Assembly (NCBI GenBank): GCA_964016885.1
Contig: OZ024749.1
Coordinates: 16,492,001-16,556,000 of the forward strand
DNA: 64,000 nucleotides
Source: Eledone cirrhosa
Lineage: Eukaryota
Direction: 5' to 3'
This document shows positions 43,715-59,120 of the stretch, in pieces (the first letter of the stretch is position 1; each line of letters begins with the position of its first letter). A program made the position numbers and the translations under genes. Under the pieces are notes generated by a model. That model saw only the letters and a list, made by a program, of their open reading frames with translations. It did no database searches and was not told the origin of the DNA.

Positions 43715-45889
43715 TTATAGCCCTAGTCTACCCCCCCCCCCCCCCGGGGCATTATGGGGTTTGAGGGCGAGGTAAGTCCTACGCAATCTATGTTTACATG
43801 CAGTAACCAGTTCATCTTTCTTGTTTAGGAGTTGGTCCGTCGAAAACAGCATTTGTAAAGTTTCCTCCGAGCATAAATTGCACGGACGGCGTCCTCCCGT
43901 GTAAGAATTGGCTCTGGACAGTAATCTCCAAGTGAGATCATAGGTGATGTTGTTGTCCTTGAGGTCCCATATGTGGCCCGAAAGTGTAGTGGCGTGACGC
44001 CGGGCCGGGTTTCGGAAGGTATGTCTATGTTGGTATAGCCGGGTCTTGAAGTCACATGCGGTAAGTCCTATATAGGCTTTGTTGGAGGTATCCGTCCTCA
44101 CGTTGCACTGGTAGATCACATTACGGTCTCTGCATCTATTGTCGAGTGGGCAAATAGATCTATCCGGGCAGTTACACCTCCTGGTCGGTTCTCCACTGCT
44201 ATTTAGGTTATTTCTGCCATCGGGGTTGAGTTTTTTGTTGTTAGAGGAGACGATGTTTTGTGCGAAGTTTGGTGTAGTGCTGTAAGAGAGTTTGATGGTA
44301 TTTTTGTTAATTATGTTGTGGTAGCGGTGTTGTAATGGGAAGTGTTTTTCAATGAGCCTAAAGAATAGTTTCCCGATGGGAGTAGTCACCTCTGCGTTGT
44401 GGGGAGGATTGAACCATGTTACATTGCGTGAGCGGCGGTGTCTCCTGCTGATTCCGCTAATGGGAGCTGGACAGTAGGATATTTCCTCCCGGAAACCACT
44501 CCGCTTGAGGGCCTGGTTGTAATAAGGCGCATGTTCATCGAATATCCGCTCATTAGCTGACAAACGGGATATGCGGAGGGAGATGTTTTTGACCAGGTTG
44601 TTTGTGATGTTCCTAGGATGGTTTGATCGGCGGTGGATGTAGTGCAGATTGTCATTAGGTTTCCTGTATGGGTAGTACAGGTCGTTTTCGAGGTCGAGGG
44701 TCACGTCCAGGAAGTTTACTCGGGTCAGGGACGTTTGTAGGGTTATTTTAAATCCCCAGTCGCGGAAGAATCTGATTAATTGTTTCCGGACCCGATCTGT
44801 ACTACTGGGGTTGTACCCTTTAAGGGTAAGGAGCCCATCATCACGGTACAATCCACCACCGAATGCAGGAAACATATCAGTGAGTTTGGCTATTAGGAAT
44901 AATCCTATAAGATCAGTGACCTCCGCCGAATCCGTGGCGCCCATGCTGACGTCGAAGGGTGAGTCGGGAGCTCTTTTTATCCATTTAGAGTCGTCAAAGA
45001 GTAAGACTGTCTTCCTGGCGTGGAGGATGATTTTTCTTTCCTGGTCGGTGATGGGCACGAGTGTTTCGGCGAAGTCCAAGGCGGCAGTAAGTAGCCGTAA
45101 GGTGATTGAAGCATAGTAGCTCTCTATGTCGAACTGTATGAATTTAGTTTCTCGTTTATCCTCCATATTGCTGAACCAGGAGATTACTTCCTGGGTGTTG
45201 ATCCATAGGCTAAGTCGGGTGTGTTGCTTGACTTTTGGTATCACGCGGTCTAGGATTTTTTTGCTGATTCTCCCTATGTCGGACTTCGTTGGGTTAATAA
45301 GCCTGATAGAGGGTTTACGGTCAAAATCGGATTTATGGTCCTTCAATGTGAAGTATGGTGTCCGTGGGTCTAGAGGTTCCGTGCGGTCGGCGACCCCGAG
45401 GCTGGAGGTGATTTGTTGTCCATCTCGATTTATGTCCTCGATGCAAGAGTGGTTGGCCTTTTTATAGGTGGAGTTTAGGCTGCTCCGGATCAGTGTGTGG
45501 TATATGTCAGGGTTGACAAAGTATAGGTTCCCAGTTTTATCCGAATGCACCATGATGTCATTTGTGTTATCATACTCTGTTAAGTTGCTACGGAGTTTTT
45601 GTAGGAATCGGTTGTGTCTGGGTTTAAATTTAATGTTCTTGACCAGTTGGAAGAGGTCATTCTCGAAGGGTGCGAGCAAGGGGTTCAGGGGCGGAGATTT
45701 GTAGGTAATAAATCCGAATCTCTCCTTGGTGCCGAAGTCTTGGTTGTCGCAATATCTGTCATAGAAAAAAGTTCTCCATCTAAGTCTTTTCGCAAATAGA
45801 TCGATTTTTTGCGTGAGCATCCGAAGGTAAAGTTTTTTCGGTGGGATTGGGATGTTCTTGGTAGAGAAGTCAATGTTGTGTTTTCGCAT
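43715..45889 (-). CDS. PLE polyprotein: reverse transcriptase + Cys-rich linker + GIY-YIG endonuclease (724 aa from ATG 45889; frame open to 46036)
   Basis: FDIESYY, MGATDSAEV, LYRDDG, FLDVTL, CNC..CPL..C, VIY..YIG..FKTRLYQH, CNLC.EE..LLN. Confidence 0.93.
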   Translation of the reverse strand: MRKHNIDFSTKNIPIPPKKLYLRMLTQKIDLFAKRLRWRTFFYDRYCDNQDFGTKERFGFITYKSPPLNPLLAPFENDLFQLVKNIKFKPRHNRFLQKLRSNLTEYDNTNDIMVHSDKTGNLYFVNPDIYHTLIRSSLNSTYKKANHSCIEDINRDGQQITSSLGVADRTEPLDPRTPYFTLKDHKSDFDRKPSIRLINPTKSDIGRISKKILDRVIPKVKQHTRLSLWINTQEVISWFSNMEDKRETKFIQFDIESYYASITLRLLTAALDFAETLVPITDQERKIILHARKTVLLFDDSKWIKRAPDSPFDVSMGATDSAEVTDLIGLFLIAKLTDMFPAFGGGLYRDDGLLTLKGYNPSSTDRVRKQLIRFFRDWGFKITLQTSLTRVNFLDVTLDLENDLYYPYRKPNDNLHYIHRRSNHPRNITNNLVKNISLRISRLSANERIFDEHAPYYNQALKRSGFREEISYCPAPISGISRRHRRSRNVTWFNPPHNAEVTTPIGKLFFRLIEKHFPLQHRYHNIINKNTIKLSYSTTPNFAQNIVSSNNKKLNPDGRNNLNSSGEPTRRCNCPDRSICPLDNRCRDRNVIYQCNVRTDTSNKAYIGLTACDFKTRLYQHRHTFRNPARRHATTLSGHIWDLKDNNITYDLTWRLLSRANSYTGGRRPCNLCSEETLQMLFSTDQLLNKKDELVTACKHRLRRTYLALKPHNAPGGGGGRLGL

Positions 45890-46074
45890 GGTGCGGGTGA
45901 AATGAATTGAGCTTAGCGGAAAAGTCTGGATGCGGCGTGGTAGGGTCGGAAAGTGCTCTACTACGGGGGTAGGAGCTAGATAACGAAGGAAAAGTGGTAA
46001 GGAACCAGGTGGACCATAACGCACCAAAGTACTCAATACTTGAGGTAGTAGAGTGGGTAATAGGAACCAGTAAG

Positions 46075-46168
46075 ACCCCGACAGCTGAGCTCAAGCCGTT
46101 TCGACGGCTAATTCTGGACTAAAGGAAAATTTATCCTGGTATTTAAATAGCCGATCTTCTCAAGGGGT
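46075..46168 (-). ncRNA. Type I hammerhead, U3-A8 variant, in H pLTR (second copy 42526-42619)
   Basis: ACCCC-TTGAGAA-GAtCGGCTA...TAGCCGTC-GAAA-cggc..gctg-TC-GGGGT. Confidence 0.8.
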
Positions 46169-46270
46169 AATTCCATATATGGTCAAAGTGATTGTCAAAA
46201 ATCAGTAGTAATTCTGTGGTTGCAAATTAGTAATTCTGTGGTTGCAAATATATATATATATGTATATATG

Positions 46271-46322
<52 letters not shown>

Positions 46323-46349
46323 GATATATATATATATATATATATATAG

Positions 46350-46402
<53 letters not shown>

Positions 46403-46415
46403 CATATATATATAC

Positions 46416-46488
<73 letters not shown>

Positions 46489-46519
46489 CATACATATATA
46501 TATACATTCATATATATAT

Positions 46520-46702
46520 AACGAAGGAAATGTGGTAAGGAACCAGGTGGACCATAACGCACCAAAGTACTCAATACTTAGGGTAGTAGAGTGGGTAATA
46601 GGAACCAGTAAGACCCCGACGGCTGAGCTCAAGCCGTTTCGACGGCTAATTCGAATTAGCCGTCGAAACGGCTTGAGCTCAGCCGTCGGGGTCTTACTGG
46701 TT

Positions 46703-46703
<1 letters not shown>
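46520..46703. repeat. H pLTR fragment with perfect fold-back palindrome (46602-46703)
   Basis: Centre ctaattc|gaattag; similar structure at 57925-58147. Confidence 0.88.
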
Positions 46704-46749
<46 letters not shown>

Positions 46750-46759
46750 ATATATATAT

Positions 46760-47181
<422 letters not shown>

Positions 47182-47316
47182 GGATATATATATATATATA
47201 TGGATATATATATATATATATATATGGATATATATATATATGTATATATATATATGTATATATATAGATATATATATGGATATATATATATATATATATG
47301 TGGATATATATATATT

Positions 47317-47353
<37 letters not shown>

Positions 47354-47355
47354 GG

Positions 47356-47387
<32 letters not shown>

Positions 47388-47394
47388 GTATATA

Positions 47395-47471
<77 letters not shown>

Positions 47472-47574
47472 ATATATATATATGGATATATATATATATA
47501 TGTGTATATATATATATATATGTATATATATGTATGTATATATATATATATGTATGTATCTATATATGTATATA

Positions 47575-47659
<85 letters not shown>

Positions 47660-47742
47660 TATATATTATATTATATGTATATATATATATATATATATTA
47701 TATGTATATATATATATTATATTATATGTATATATATATATA

Positions 47743-47816
<74 letters not shown>

Positions 47817-47866
47817 TGTATATATATATATTATATGTATATATATATATATATATTATATGTATA

Positions 47867-48002
<136 letters not shown>

Positions 48003-48099
48003 TATATATATATATATACATATAATATAATATATATATATATATACATATAATATATATATATATATATATACATATAATATAATATATATATATATT

Positions 48100-48145
<46 letters not shown>

Positions 48146-48250
48146 TATATACATATATAGATACATACATATATATATATATACATACATATATATATAC
48201 ATATATATATATATACACATATATATATATATATCCATATATATATATAT

Positions 48251-48296
<46 letters not shown>

Positions 48297-48321
48297 ACAT
48301 ATACATATATCTATATATATT

Positions 48322-49447
48322 AATTAGTTTTGCGAGGTTTTTTATATGAAATCGTGTGTCGAAACAGATATTGTTATATTTGGGGAGGGTCATATTTGCG
48401 CAATATCGCCAGAATTAATAACAGAACACACTCACTGTTTGGTTGGTTTTCGCTTCTCGCTGTCTTTTATATATATATATCTGCGATCTAACTTACTCGG
48501 TCCTCAATGTTGCCATTGTAGGAAATGTATCATATGTAAGGTGAACCCCCGGATAAACTGTAAAACTAGAAACGTAGTCTATAGCATAAGATGTACAGAG
48601 GGTACTTGCAGAAACACGACAACAACATACATAGGTGAGACAGCTCGTAGCATAGGTGAAAGGATAGACCAACACTGGGGGGAACTAAAAGGACGAAAAA
48701 ACGGGTCAGTACTATACGAACATGCTAGACAACAACATGACGGTAACATAGACAACATAGAAATTAGAATAATATCTAAACATAGGAATGACCCAGCAGA
48801 TAGGCAAATCAGAGAGGCCAGTGAAATAGAAATTAGAAGACCAAAGCTAAACAGAAAGAATGAGTGGAACAACAACAGCACCCAAACAAACAACACTGAC
48901 CTAAGAGAAGTATAAATAAATAAGTAAATTAAATAAAATAAAATAAGATAAATAAATACATACACAAGCACATAAACACACACTAGTCACCCAGCAGACA
49001 CAACACTATACACACTAGTCACACATCACACATAACACTATACACACACGCAAACGCATGCGCAAAGAAGACAAAATAAAATAAGATAAACAAACAAGCA
49101 AATAAATAAATAAATATATAGACAGACTGAACAAAAAAAAAATGGCGTAGACATACAACACAACAGGAGGAACAATGAATATAACACCACTGACGATGTT
49201 GCAGATGTGCAACGAAAGATTTATGTAAATTATGTAAACTATATATATATGTGTTTGTCTATATTGTATCTGTATTATTTTTGACCGCCGGTCAGTCAAT
49301 GGCAACATTGAGGACCGAGTAAGTTAGATCGCAGATATATATATATAAAAGACAGCGAGAAGCGAAAACCAACCAAACAGTGAGTGTGTTCTGTTATTAA
49401 TTCTGGCGATATTGCGCAAATATGACCCTCCCCAAATATAACAATAT
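48322..49447 (+). mobile_element. 5'-truncated PLE (B-related): GIY-YIG at about 48515-48915, 3' pLTR and inverted 5' pLTR
   Basis: NVVYSIRC..YIGETARS..ER..H..RQIREA..PKLN; 48355-48515 is the reverse complement of about 49297-49447; degenerate HHR at about 49186-49225. Confidence 0.9.
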
Positions 49448-49889
49448 CTATATATACATATATATATATACATATATATATATATATGTATATATATGTA
49501 TATATATATACATATATATATATACATACATATATATATATACATATATATATACATATACATATATATACATATACATATATCTATACATATACATATA
49601 TATACATATACATATATATATATACATATATACATATATATATATACATATATATATATACATATATATATATACATATATATATACACATATATATATA
49701 CATATATATATACATATATATATACATATATATATATACATATATATATATACATATATATATACATATATATATATATATACATACATATATATATACA
49801 CATATATATATACATATATATATATATACACATATATATACATATATATATAGATATATATACATATATATACATACATATATATATAC

Positions 49890-49922
<33 letters not shown>

Positions 49923-50014
49923 CAATATATATATATATACATATATACATATATATATATATACATATATATATACATATATATATACATATATATATAT
50001 ACATATATATATAC

Positions 50015-50065
<51 letters not shown>

Positions 50066-50240
50066 CATATATATATACATATATATACATATATATATAT
50101 ACATATATATATACATATATATATATACATATATATATACATATATATATATACATATATATATATACATATATATATACATATATATATATATACATAT
50201 ACATATATATATATACATATATATACATATATATATATAC

Positions 50241-50271
<31 letters not shown>

Positions 50272-50333
50272 CATATATATATATAATATATACACACACA
50301 TATATATACATATATATATATATACACACACAT

Positions 50334-50364
<31 letters not shown>

Positions 50365-50406
50365 CACATATATACATATATATATAATATATATATATAT
50401 ATACAC

Positions 50407-50437
<31 letters not shown>

Positions 50438-50439
50438 TT

Positions 50440-50497
<58 letters not shown>

Positions 50498-50506
50498 TAT
50501 ATATAT

Positions 50507-50565
<59 letters not shown>

Positions 50566-50596
50566 CATATATATATATATATACACATATATACAC

Positions 50597-50629
<33 letters not shown>

Positions 50630-50651
50630 TATATATATATATATATATACA

Positions 50652-51930
50652 CATGCCTAGAATCAAAAGGCCTTAAAATTAACCTGGCTAAGACTAAAGT
50701 TCTAGTTTGTAAGAAAGAAAATAAGGCGGCGGTCCCTTCCGGGAAGTGGCCATGCTCAGTGTGTAGGAAAGGCGTAGGTAGAAACTCCATTTTATGTCCC
50801 AAATGCAAAATATGGGTGCATAAAAGATGTAGTGGGATCACAGGTAAGCTAACTAAGAACATAGATTTTACATGTGGCCGGTGCTTTGGTGCAATAAGTA
50901 GCAGCAAGTGCCCACAAAATACTAGCTCTTTCAATTGCGCAGAGGGTTCTATAGAAATAGTAGACAGCTTCCGTTACCTGGGTGACAAAATCAGCAGTGG
51001 GGGATGGTGCTCTGAAAGTACAGTAGCTAGAGTCAGAACTGGATGGAAAAAGTTCAGAGAGCTTATACCACTATTAGCCGCTAAAGGGTTCTCCCTAAAA
51101 ATGAAAGGCAGGTTGTATGATGCCTGCATACGAACAGCAATGTTGCATGGCAGTGAGACCTGGGCATTGTGTGCAGAGGATATACGCAGACTAGAGAGGA
51201 ACGAAGCTTGCATGCTCCGCTGGATGTGTAATAGTAATAGACGTGAACGGCAAAGCATAAACGAACTAAGGAAAAAATTAGAAATAAGAGGGATCAGATG
51301 TTGTTTACTCGAGAGAAGGCTACGTTGGTATGATCACGTGATGCGTATGAAAGACGACAACTGTATAACAAAGTGCAGGGCAATAAAGATAGACGGTAGC
51401 CACTGAGTAGGCAGACCCAGAAAAACCTGGGACGAGCTGATAAATTCCGACCTCACACACTTACACCTCTCCAAGACAATGTCACTGGACCGAGACCTTT
51501 GGCGGTACTCAGTAATAGAGAAGACCCGCCTTACCTAAATACAAAGTAAAACCTACTACAGTCAGTAGGCATCTCTAACAAAATACAACCCCGTCCCACC
51601 TCCCCCACCCCATCCACACCGCCCTTTTCAATGTAAAGTTATGTTGGTGCCACAACATCCAGGCCGAAACAAATGAGGTCGTGTAGGTGTCACGACAAAA
51701 AAACACACAGTCCACGCTGTAATGTGGCCGTGTAGGCAACACGGTAAAAACCTCCCAGCCCCACACTGTAAATATGGTTGGTGTTAGGAAGGGCATCCAG
51801 CTGTAGAAAACCCGCCAGACAGTCCTATGCGAGCAAGTCAACCACTCTTGCCTCAAGTGGGAGAACTCCCGTCCAAACCCATGCAAGCGTGGAACATGGA
51901 CGTTAAACGATGATGATGATGATGATGATG
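50652..51930 (+). mobile_element. 5'-truncated RTE LINE 3' end with Cys/His finger and (GAT)n tail
   Basis: [47 protein letters not shown]. Confidence 0.9.
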
Positions 51931-51956
51931 ATACACACATATATATATATATATAT

Positions 51957-52031
<75 letters not shown>

Positions 52032-52166
52032 TATATATATATATATATAGATATACATATATATATATATACACACATACAGACATATATATATATACAC
52101 ACATATATATATATATACACACATATATATATATATATATATACACATATATATATATACACACAC

Positions 52167-52244
<78 letters not shown>

Positions 52245-52434
52245 TATATATATACACACATATATATATATATTTATATATATACACACATATATATATA
52301 TATACACATATATATATATACATATACACACATATATATATATCATTCCTTTATATATACATATATACATATATATATATAAACATATATATATATATAC
52401 ACACATATATATATATACATATATATATGTACAT

Positions 52435-52465
<31 letters not shown>

Positions 52466-52467
52466 CA

Positions 52468-52499
<32 letters not shown>

Positions 52500-52671
52500 C
52501 ATATATATATATACATATATATATACATAGTAGGTCTAGAGATCGCTACCCGCTTGTTTTCACGTTATTCGATCTCCAATACAAAGTTATAACCAGTCTA
52601 TTCATCGGAGCTTGTGAGAGTATATATATATGTATATATATATGTATATATATATGTATATATATATATGG

Positions 52672-52807
<136 letters not shown>

Positions 52808-52808
52808 G

Positions 52809-54500
52809 TATTGTTATACTTTGGGAGGGTCATGTTGCCAATAAGAAACACACGCACCAGTTGCTTTCACTTCAATTTATTATAATAAATTTATAATAAA
52901 TTTATAAATTTCTGGTTGGTTGGTTGGTTCCACAACCAGATAGTTGTTTATATATAGTCATAGTTCTTTCGTCACACACTCTGTGACCTCTTCAGTGACT
53001 GGGGATTCCTTTCTTTGTTTCTGTGCCTCTCCTTTGTTCTGTCCTACGCCATTTTGTTTCTGTGTGTGTGTTGTGTGCTCAGTCTGCGCATGCGCCACAT
53101 CCGGGTGTCTGTGTGTGTTTATGTTCATTTATTTATTTGTTTATTTACATGTTACTGGTTCGTTGTTTGTTCTATGTGTGTGTGTGTTTTCATTTTGTCC
53201 TTAATTGTAAGTTGTGATGTTGCTGTTCCACTCATATTTTCTATTTAATTTTGGTTGTAATTCTTTTATGTTTATTGCCTCTGTAATTTGTCTAAACATT
53301 GCGTCTTTTCTGTGTGTAGATTCTATTTTTATTTCTATGTTCTCTAATTTACTCTTGTGTTATATTTTAGCATGTTGGTAGAGTACAGATGATTCTTTAC
53401 TATCTTGATGGTCTCGCCAGTGTTCATTTATCCGTTCCCCTACACTACGAGCTGTTTCACCTATGTACACTATATTTTTGTCTCTACATTGTCCTTTAGT
53501 ACATCTTATGCTATACACTACATTTCTAGTTTTACAGTTAATATGGGGGCTTATTTTACAGGTTATACATTTCTTATCTATACATGAGGGTCTTTGAAAA
53601 GGGTATGTCTTGCTAATAAGTGTTTTTACGGAGGTACCTGGTCTTTCTACTATCTTAATATTGAGTTTATGTTTATTTAGGGCCCTTCTAAATTTGTAAG
53701 CTAATTCACCTCTAGGGGTTGTATCGATGAACATTACACTCTGGTATTTATTGCTATCATACCATGAGTTTATTCTATTAGCCTTATTCCTAGTTCTTTC
53801 TATTCTATTCCAAAATTTGCTCCTATACAAGGGGCAGGTCCCATTTATGTCATTATTTACCATTTTTTCCCATTTGGTTCTGGCTCCTCTATACACTCTG
53901 ATTTTATCTCTCTGATTGTAGCCAGAGAACTGCATACGGTGGATGAAGTGTTGTATGTGTCTCTCTAGTTCTTCGGGGTTGCACATGCGGGACACGTTTC
54001 TCATCACCCGTACCAAATCCGCAATCAGTATGTTGATTTTGGTATAGTCCGAAACGGCCGAGTTTCGGTGGATCAGATGTTTGGAAGTCATGGGTTTGGC
54101 ATAATGGGAATGGAGGATTTGTTTGTTGTTAATGGTATCTAACCAGAACTCTGTGTCTAGTACAGGTAATCGATGGTTGGGGTGTTTACTTGGGTAGTCT
54201 ATAGTAACTCTAATGCTCTGGTGGAAACAAAGAAAGGAATCCCCAGTCACTGAAGAGGTCACAGAGTGTGTGACGAAAGAACTATGACTATATATAAACA
54301 ACTATCTGGTTGTCGTACCAACCAACCAACCAGAAATTTATAAATTTATAAATTTATTATAAATTTATTATAATAAATTGAAGTGAAAGCAACTGGTGCG
54401 TGTGTTTCTTATTGGCAACATGACCCTCCCAAAGTATAACAATATCGGTTTCAACACACGATTTCAGATAAAGAATCTTGCTAAACAAATTCAGAAACGA
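52809..54500 (-). mobile_element. 5'-truncated PLE (family B): RT thumb + GIY-YIG, 3' pLTR and inverted 5' pLTR (54224-54500)
   Basis: ORF 53360 to about 54222: LPVLDT, YAKPM, SGY, NVVYSIRC..YIGETARS. Confidence 0.92.
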
Positions 54501-54506
54501 AATATA

Positions 54507-54538
<32 letters not shown>

Positions 54539-54568
54539 AATATATATATGTACATATATATATATATG

Positions 54569-54632
<64 letters not shown>

Positions 54633-54674
54633 CATATATATGTACATATATATATTTATATATATATATCTATA

Positions 54675-54724
<50 letters not shown>

Positions 54725-54757
54725 TATACATATATATATACATATATATATATATCC

Positions 54758-54854
<97 letters not shown>

Positions 54855-54909
54855 TATATACATATATATATACATATATATATACATATATATATACATA
54901 CTCTCACAA

Positions 54910-55015
54910 GCTCCGATGAATTGACTGGTTATAACTTTGTATTGGTGATCGAATAACGTGAAAACAAGCGGGTAGCGATCTCTAGACCTACCAGTTCAGA
55001 GAAACAATTGTCAGC
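54910..55015 (+). ncRNA. Hammerhead-like motif with CCGATGA core and long stem II (module T, 54900-55242)
   Basis: GCT-CCGATGA-attgACTGGT...ACCAGTtcaga-GAAA-caattg-TC-AGC; partial mirror copy at 52528-52620. Confidence 0.65.
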
Positions 55016-55241
55016 AATGAGATTAAAAACCTTTTTTTGTATAGCAAACCGTGTCACTCTTCTTTCCTGATTTATCATACTCCAAGTGTTTAGAACATAG
55101 GAATTACAGTGTACTCGCAACATCACTATGGAAACGCCTTGTTGAGTCAAACTTAGCCAAGCGTTGATGTCATCCACTACGCGGAATACCATAACTGGAC
55201 TACACTTAAGTGGACTACCTATAACAATAATCTGTTACCCC

Positions 55242-55295
<54 letters not shown>

Positions 55296-55301
<6 letters not shown>

Positions 55302-55640
55302 GTGAGGTTTTTTTTACAAAATGAAAAATAACCGAGGTGTCCTACACGAGTGGAAGTATAAAGAAAAAGGGATGAAATCGAAAATGCAACTGAAGTCTTA
55401 TTTTTTTTAAAATATATATATTTATTTGGTTCCTTTACCGGTTTCGCAGTTCTTCTGCTTTTCAAAAGGTGAGTTGAGATGGAGGGTCTGTGGTTTTTAG
55501 AAAAACCACAGACCCTCCATCTCAACTCACCTTTTGAAAAGCAGAAGAACTGCGAAACCGGTAAAGGAACCAAATAAATATATATATTTTTTAAAAAATA
55601 AGACTTCAGTTGCATTTTCGATTTCATCCCTTTTTCTTTA
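55296..55640. mobile_element. Family F head-to-head fold-back with HHRs at 55432-55469(-) and 55530-55567(+)
   Basis: Palindrome centred at about 55499. Confidence 0.85.
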
Positions 55641-55664
55641 TATATATATATATATTTATATATT

Positions 55665-56085
55665 TGTTTTGCGAGATTTTTGATATGAAATCGTGTGTCG
55701 AAACAAATATTGTTATACTTTGGAAGGGTCATATTGTAATAATATTGCCAGAATTAATAACAGAATACATTCACTGTTTGGTTGGTTTTAGCTTCTGTAT
55801 CTTTTATATCTCCACAGTTAATTCATTTGGTCCTCAATGTTTATCATTGATTAAGCAACGGTCAAAAATATAGATATAATATAGATATAAACACATATAT
55901 ATAGTCTAAAAAAGTTCTTTCGTTGTAGATCTGCAACATCATCAGTGGTACTATTATGTTCCTCTTGTTGTATTGTATATCTACGCCATTTTTTTCAATA
56001 CAGAACCGAAAACCAACCAAACAGTGAGTGTGTTCTGTTATTATTTCTGGCAATATTATTACAATATGACTCTCCCCAAGTATAA
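55665..56085. mobile_element. Diverged B-related pLTR with inversion
   Basis: Similar to 48330-48510 and 49140-49447; degenerate CTGATGA..GAAA on the minus strand at about 55910-55948. Confidence 0.7.
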
Positions 56086-56315
56086 TATATATATATAAAA
56101 TAAAGTTAAATAAAAGTCAAATGATTAAAATTTAGCTTCGTTTATTACTGCTATATATATTTCAGTGATAGCCATCTTTGGCTGTGACCTCTTCACGCAG
56201 TTTGAATTAGTATGGTATAGACAAGTACATATGTTGTTGAGGTGTATAATATTGTCAATACTCTGATATGCCCAGTTCCTGGTTGGGTTGTTATTTCACT
56301 GATATATATATTTAA

Positions 56316-56742
56316 TAGTTTCTTATATAGGCACAAGGTCAGCAATTTGGGGGGAGGGGGAAGTCGATTAGATCGACCCAGTGCATTACTGATACTTTAT
56401 TTATTTTATCGACCCCATAAGGATTAAAGGCAAAGCTAACCACGATGGGATTTGAAATAAGAACATAAAGGAACGTAACTATATGTCGCAAAGCATGTTG
56501 TCTGACGCTCTACCGATTCTGCCAATCCTAATAATAATGGTTTCTACTTTAGGCAGAAGGCCAGCAATTTTGGAGGAGGGAAAACTCAATTAAATCGACC
56601 CAGTGCATTACTGGTACTTTATTTTATCGGCCCCTTAAGGGTGGAAAGCAAAGCTACCCGCGGCGGGATTTTAACTAAGAACGTAAAGGGCCATAGCTAT
56701 ATGCTGTGAAGCATAGTATCCGACGCTCTACCGATACTGCCA
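56316..56742 (-). mobile_element. Two tandem octopus-type tRNA-derived SINEs
   Basis: Minus-strand heads tggcagaatcggtagagcg (A box) and ttcaaatccc (B-box-like), shared body gggtcgat. Related heads at 57492-57620 and 57635-57720 (+). Confidence 0.75.
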
Positions 56743-57872
56743 ATAATAATAATAATATTAAACACTATAAAGATACCCTTGACTATATCATTTCTGACTG
56801 TCCACTTCTAGTAAAGCCATACAAACATGTTTACAAACACATGCACATACATACACACATACATAGAAATACACATGTATGCAAACATATACACATACAT
56901 ACATATATACATACACACACAAACTCATACATACATACATACATACATACAAAGACATACACATACATACATACATAGATAGATAAATAAATACATACAT
57001 ACATCTATACACGCGCGCGCGCGCGCACATAGATGGATACATAAATCAGTGAGTGTATATATATATATATGATGTGATTGATGTTACAAAGAAGGCTTGA
57101 AATCGAGAGATAATTAATAGTGTTGACATATATTGTCCGTGGAGAGTGTATATCTATTCCCGAAACTTCTCAGTGGATGTTCTTTGATAGATAGTAGTCC
57201 CTCTTTGCGTGGGGTGGGGGACTAATGCGAAAACAGACAACTATATACATTAACTTAAGCCTACCAATGTATGTGTGTGGTTAATCTTTTCACTACCACC
57301 CTCCTGATTTGCACTCTGACTTATCTGACATATCTGTATATGTCACAGTTAAGCTCAATCTCGTTTTGTAGTTATCATTGTTGTTTTCTTGATAAAGGTC
57401 TTTTGAAGCCGAAATATCGTTAAAAAAAAGTATAAAACTTAAGATTTTTTTTTTTTTTTGCTTTGTTCTGGTTTTGTTTCACGGGTAACAAGTTGGCTGA
57501 ATTGTTAGGGCCTTGGTATTTGTTCCGACTTACTGCGCTTCGAGTTCAAATCCTGCTGAAGTCGCGGTCAATCTTGCCTTTTCTCTTTCCGGAGATCGAG
57601 TAATAAAGTACCAGTCTAGAAGTGGGAAGTGGGTTGGTGGAATTGTTAGAGACTCCAACAAGTGCCTTTTGTAGCATCTGATCTGGTCTGTTGCGTTCTT
57701 CTGGGTTCAAATCTCGTCTCCTGCTGTCAGTTCTAACCGATAGATATATAATATCAACAATGGAAATACCAATGGAAATATTGGTTCCTCGATCCGGCCT
57801 GACTATCGACGGCTTTTCGTTTCCCCAACTTCTGACTCCTTTATTTCCAACCTCTATTGTAGTGACTTTCTC

Positions 57873-57927
<55 letters not shown>

Positions 57928-58146
57928 ATGACCCCGACGGCAGAGCTCAAGACGTTTCGACGGCTATTTCTGGACTCAAATTAGTCCAGAAATAGCCGTC
58001 GACTCAAATCAGTCCAGAAATAGCCGTCGAAACGGCTTGAGCTCTGCCGCGGGGTCATACTTTTTCCTATTTCCCACTCTACTACCCTAAGTATTGAGTA
58101 CTCTGGTGCGTTATGGTCCATCTGGTTCCTTACCACAATTCCTTTG

Positions 58147-58204
<58 letters not shown>

Positions 58205-58249
58205 TTATATATATATATACATATTCCGACAATAACCTCTATATTAATA

Positions 58250-59120
58250 ACCACTACACACCACACTATACCACCACTACACCCATTACCACCACCACAT
58301 CCAAAACTACAACCATCACCACCACCACCGCCACCACCACTACAAACACCACCATTACTACCACTACCACCATCACCAACGCCACCACAACCACCACCAT
58401 TACTACCACTACCACCACAACCACCACAAACACCACCATTACTACCACTACCACCACAACCACCACAAACACCACCATTACTATCACTACCACCACCACC
58501 ACCACCACCACAACCACCACCATTACTACCACTACCATCATCACCACAACCACCACCATTACTACCACTACCACCACCACCACCACCACAACCACTACCA
58601 TTACTACCACTACCACCACCACCACAACCACCACCATTACTACCACTATCACCACCACCACAACCACCACCATTACTACCACTACCATCATCACCACAAC
58701 CACCACCATTACTACCACTACCACCACCACCACCACAACCACCACCATTACTACCACTACCACCACCACCACCACCACAACCACCACCATTACTACCACT
58801 ACCACCACCACCACAACCACCACCATTACTACCACTATCACCACCACCACCACAACCACCACCATTACTACCACTACCATCATCACCACAACCACCACCA
58901 TTACTACCACTACCACCACCACCACCACCACAAACACCACCATTACTACCACTACCACCACAACCACCACCATTACTACCACTACCACCACCACCATTAC
59001 TACCACTACCACCACCACCACCACCACAAACACCACCATTACTACCACTACCACCACAACCACCACCATTACTACCACTACCACCACCACCATTACTACC
59101 ACTACCACCACCACCATCAC
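58250..59120. repeat. (ACC/ACT/ACA)n low-complexity tract with recurring accaccattactaccact motif
   Basis: Direct reading. Confidence 0.92.

Larger units (their letters stand above)
42513..46248 (-). mobile_element. Full-length Penelope-like element (family H) with direct pLTRs
   Basis: Direct repeats 42513-42680 and 46062-46230 flank an intact ORF; each carries an HHR; (TA)n on both sides. Confidence 0.93.
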
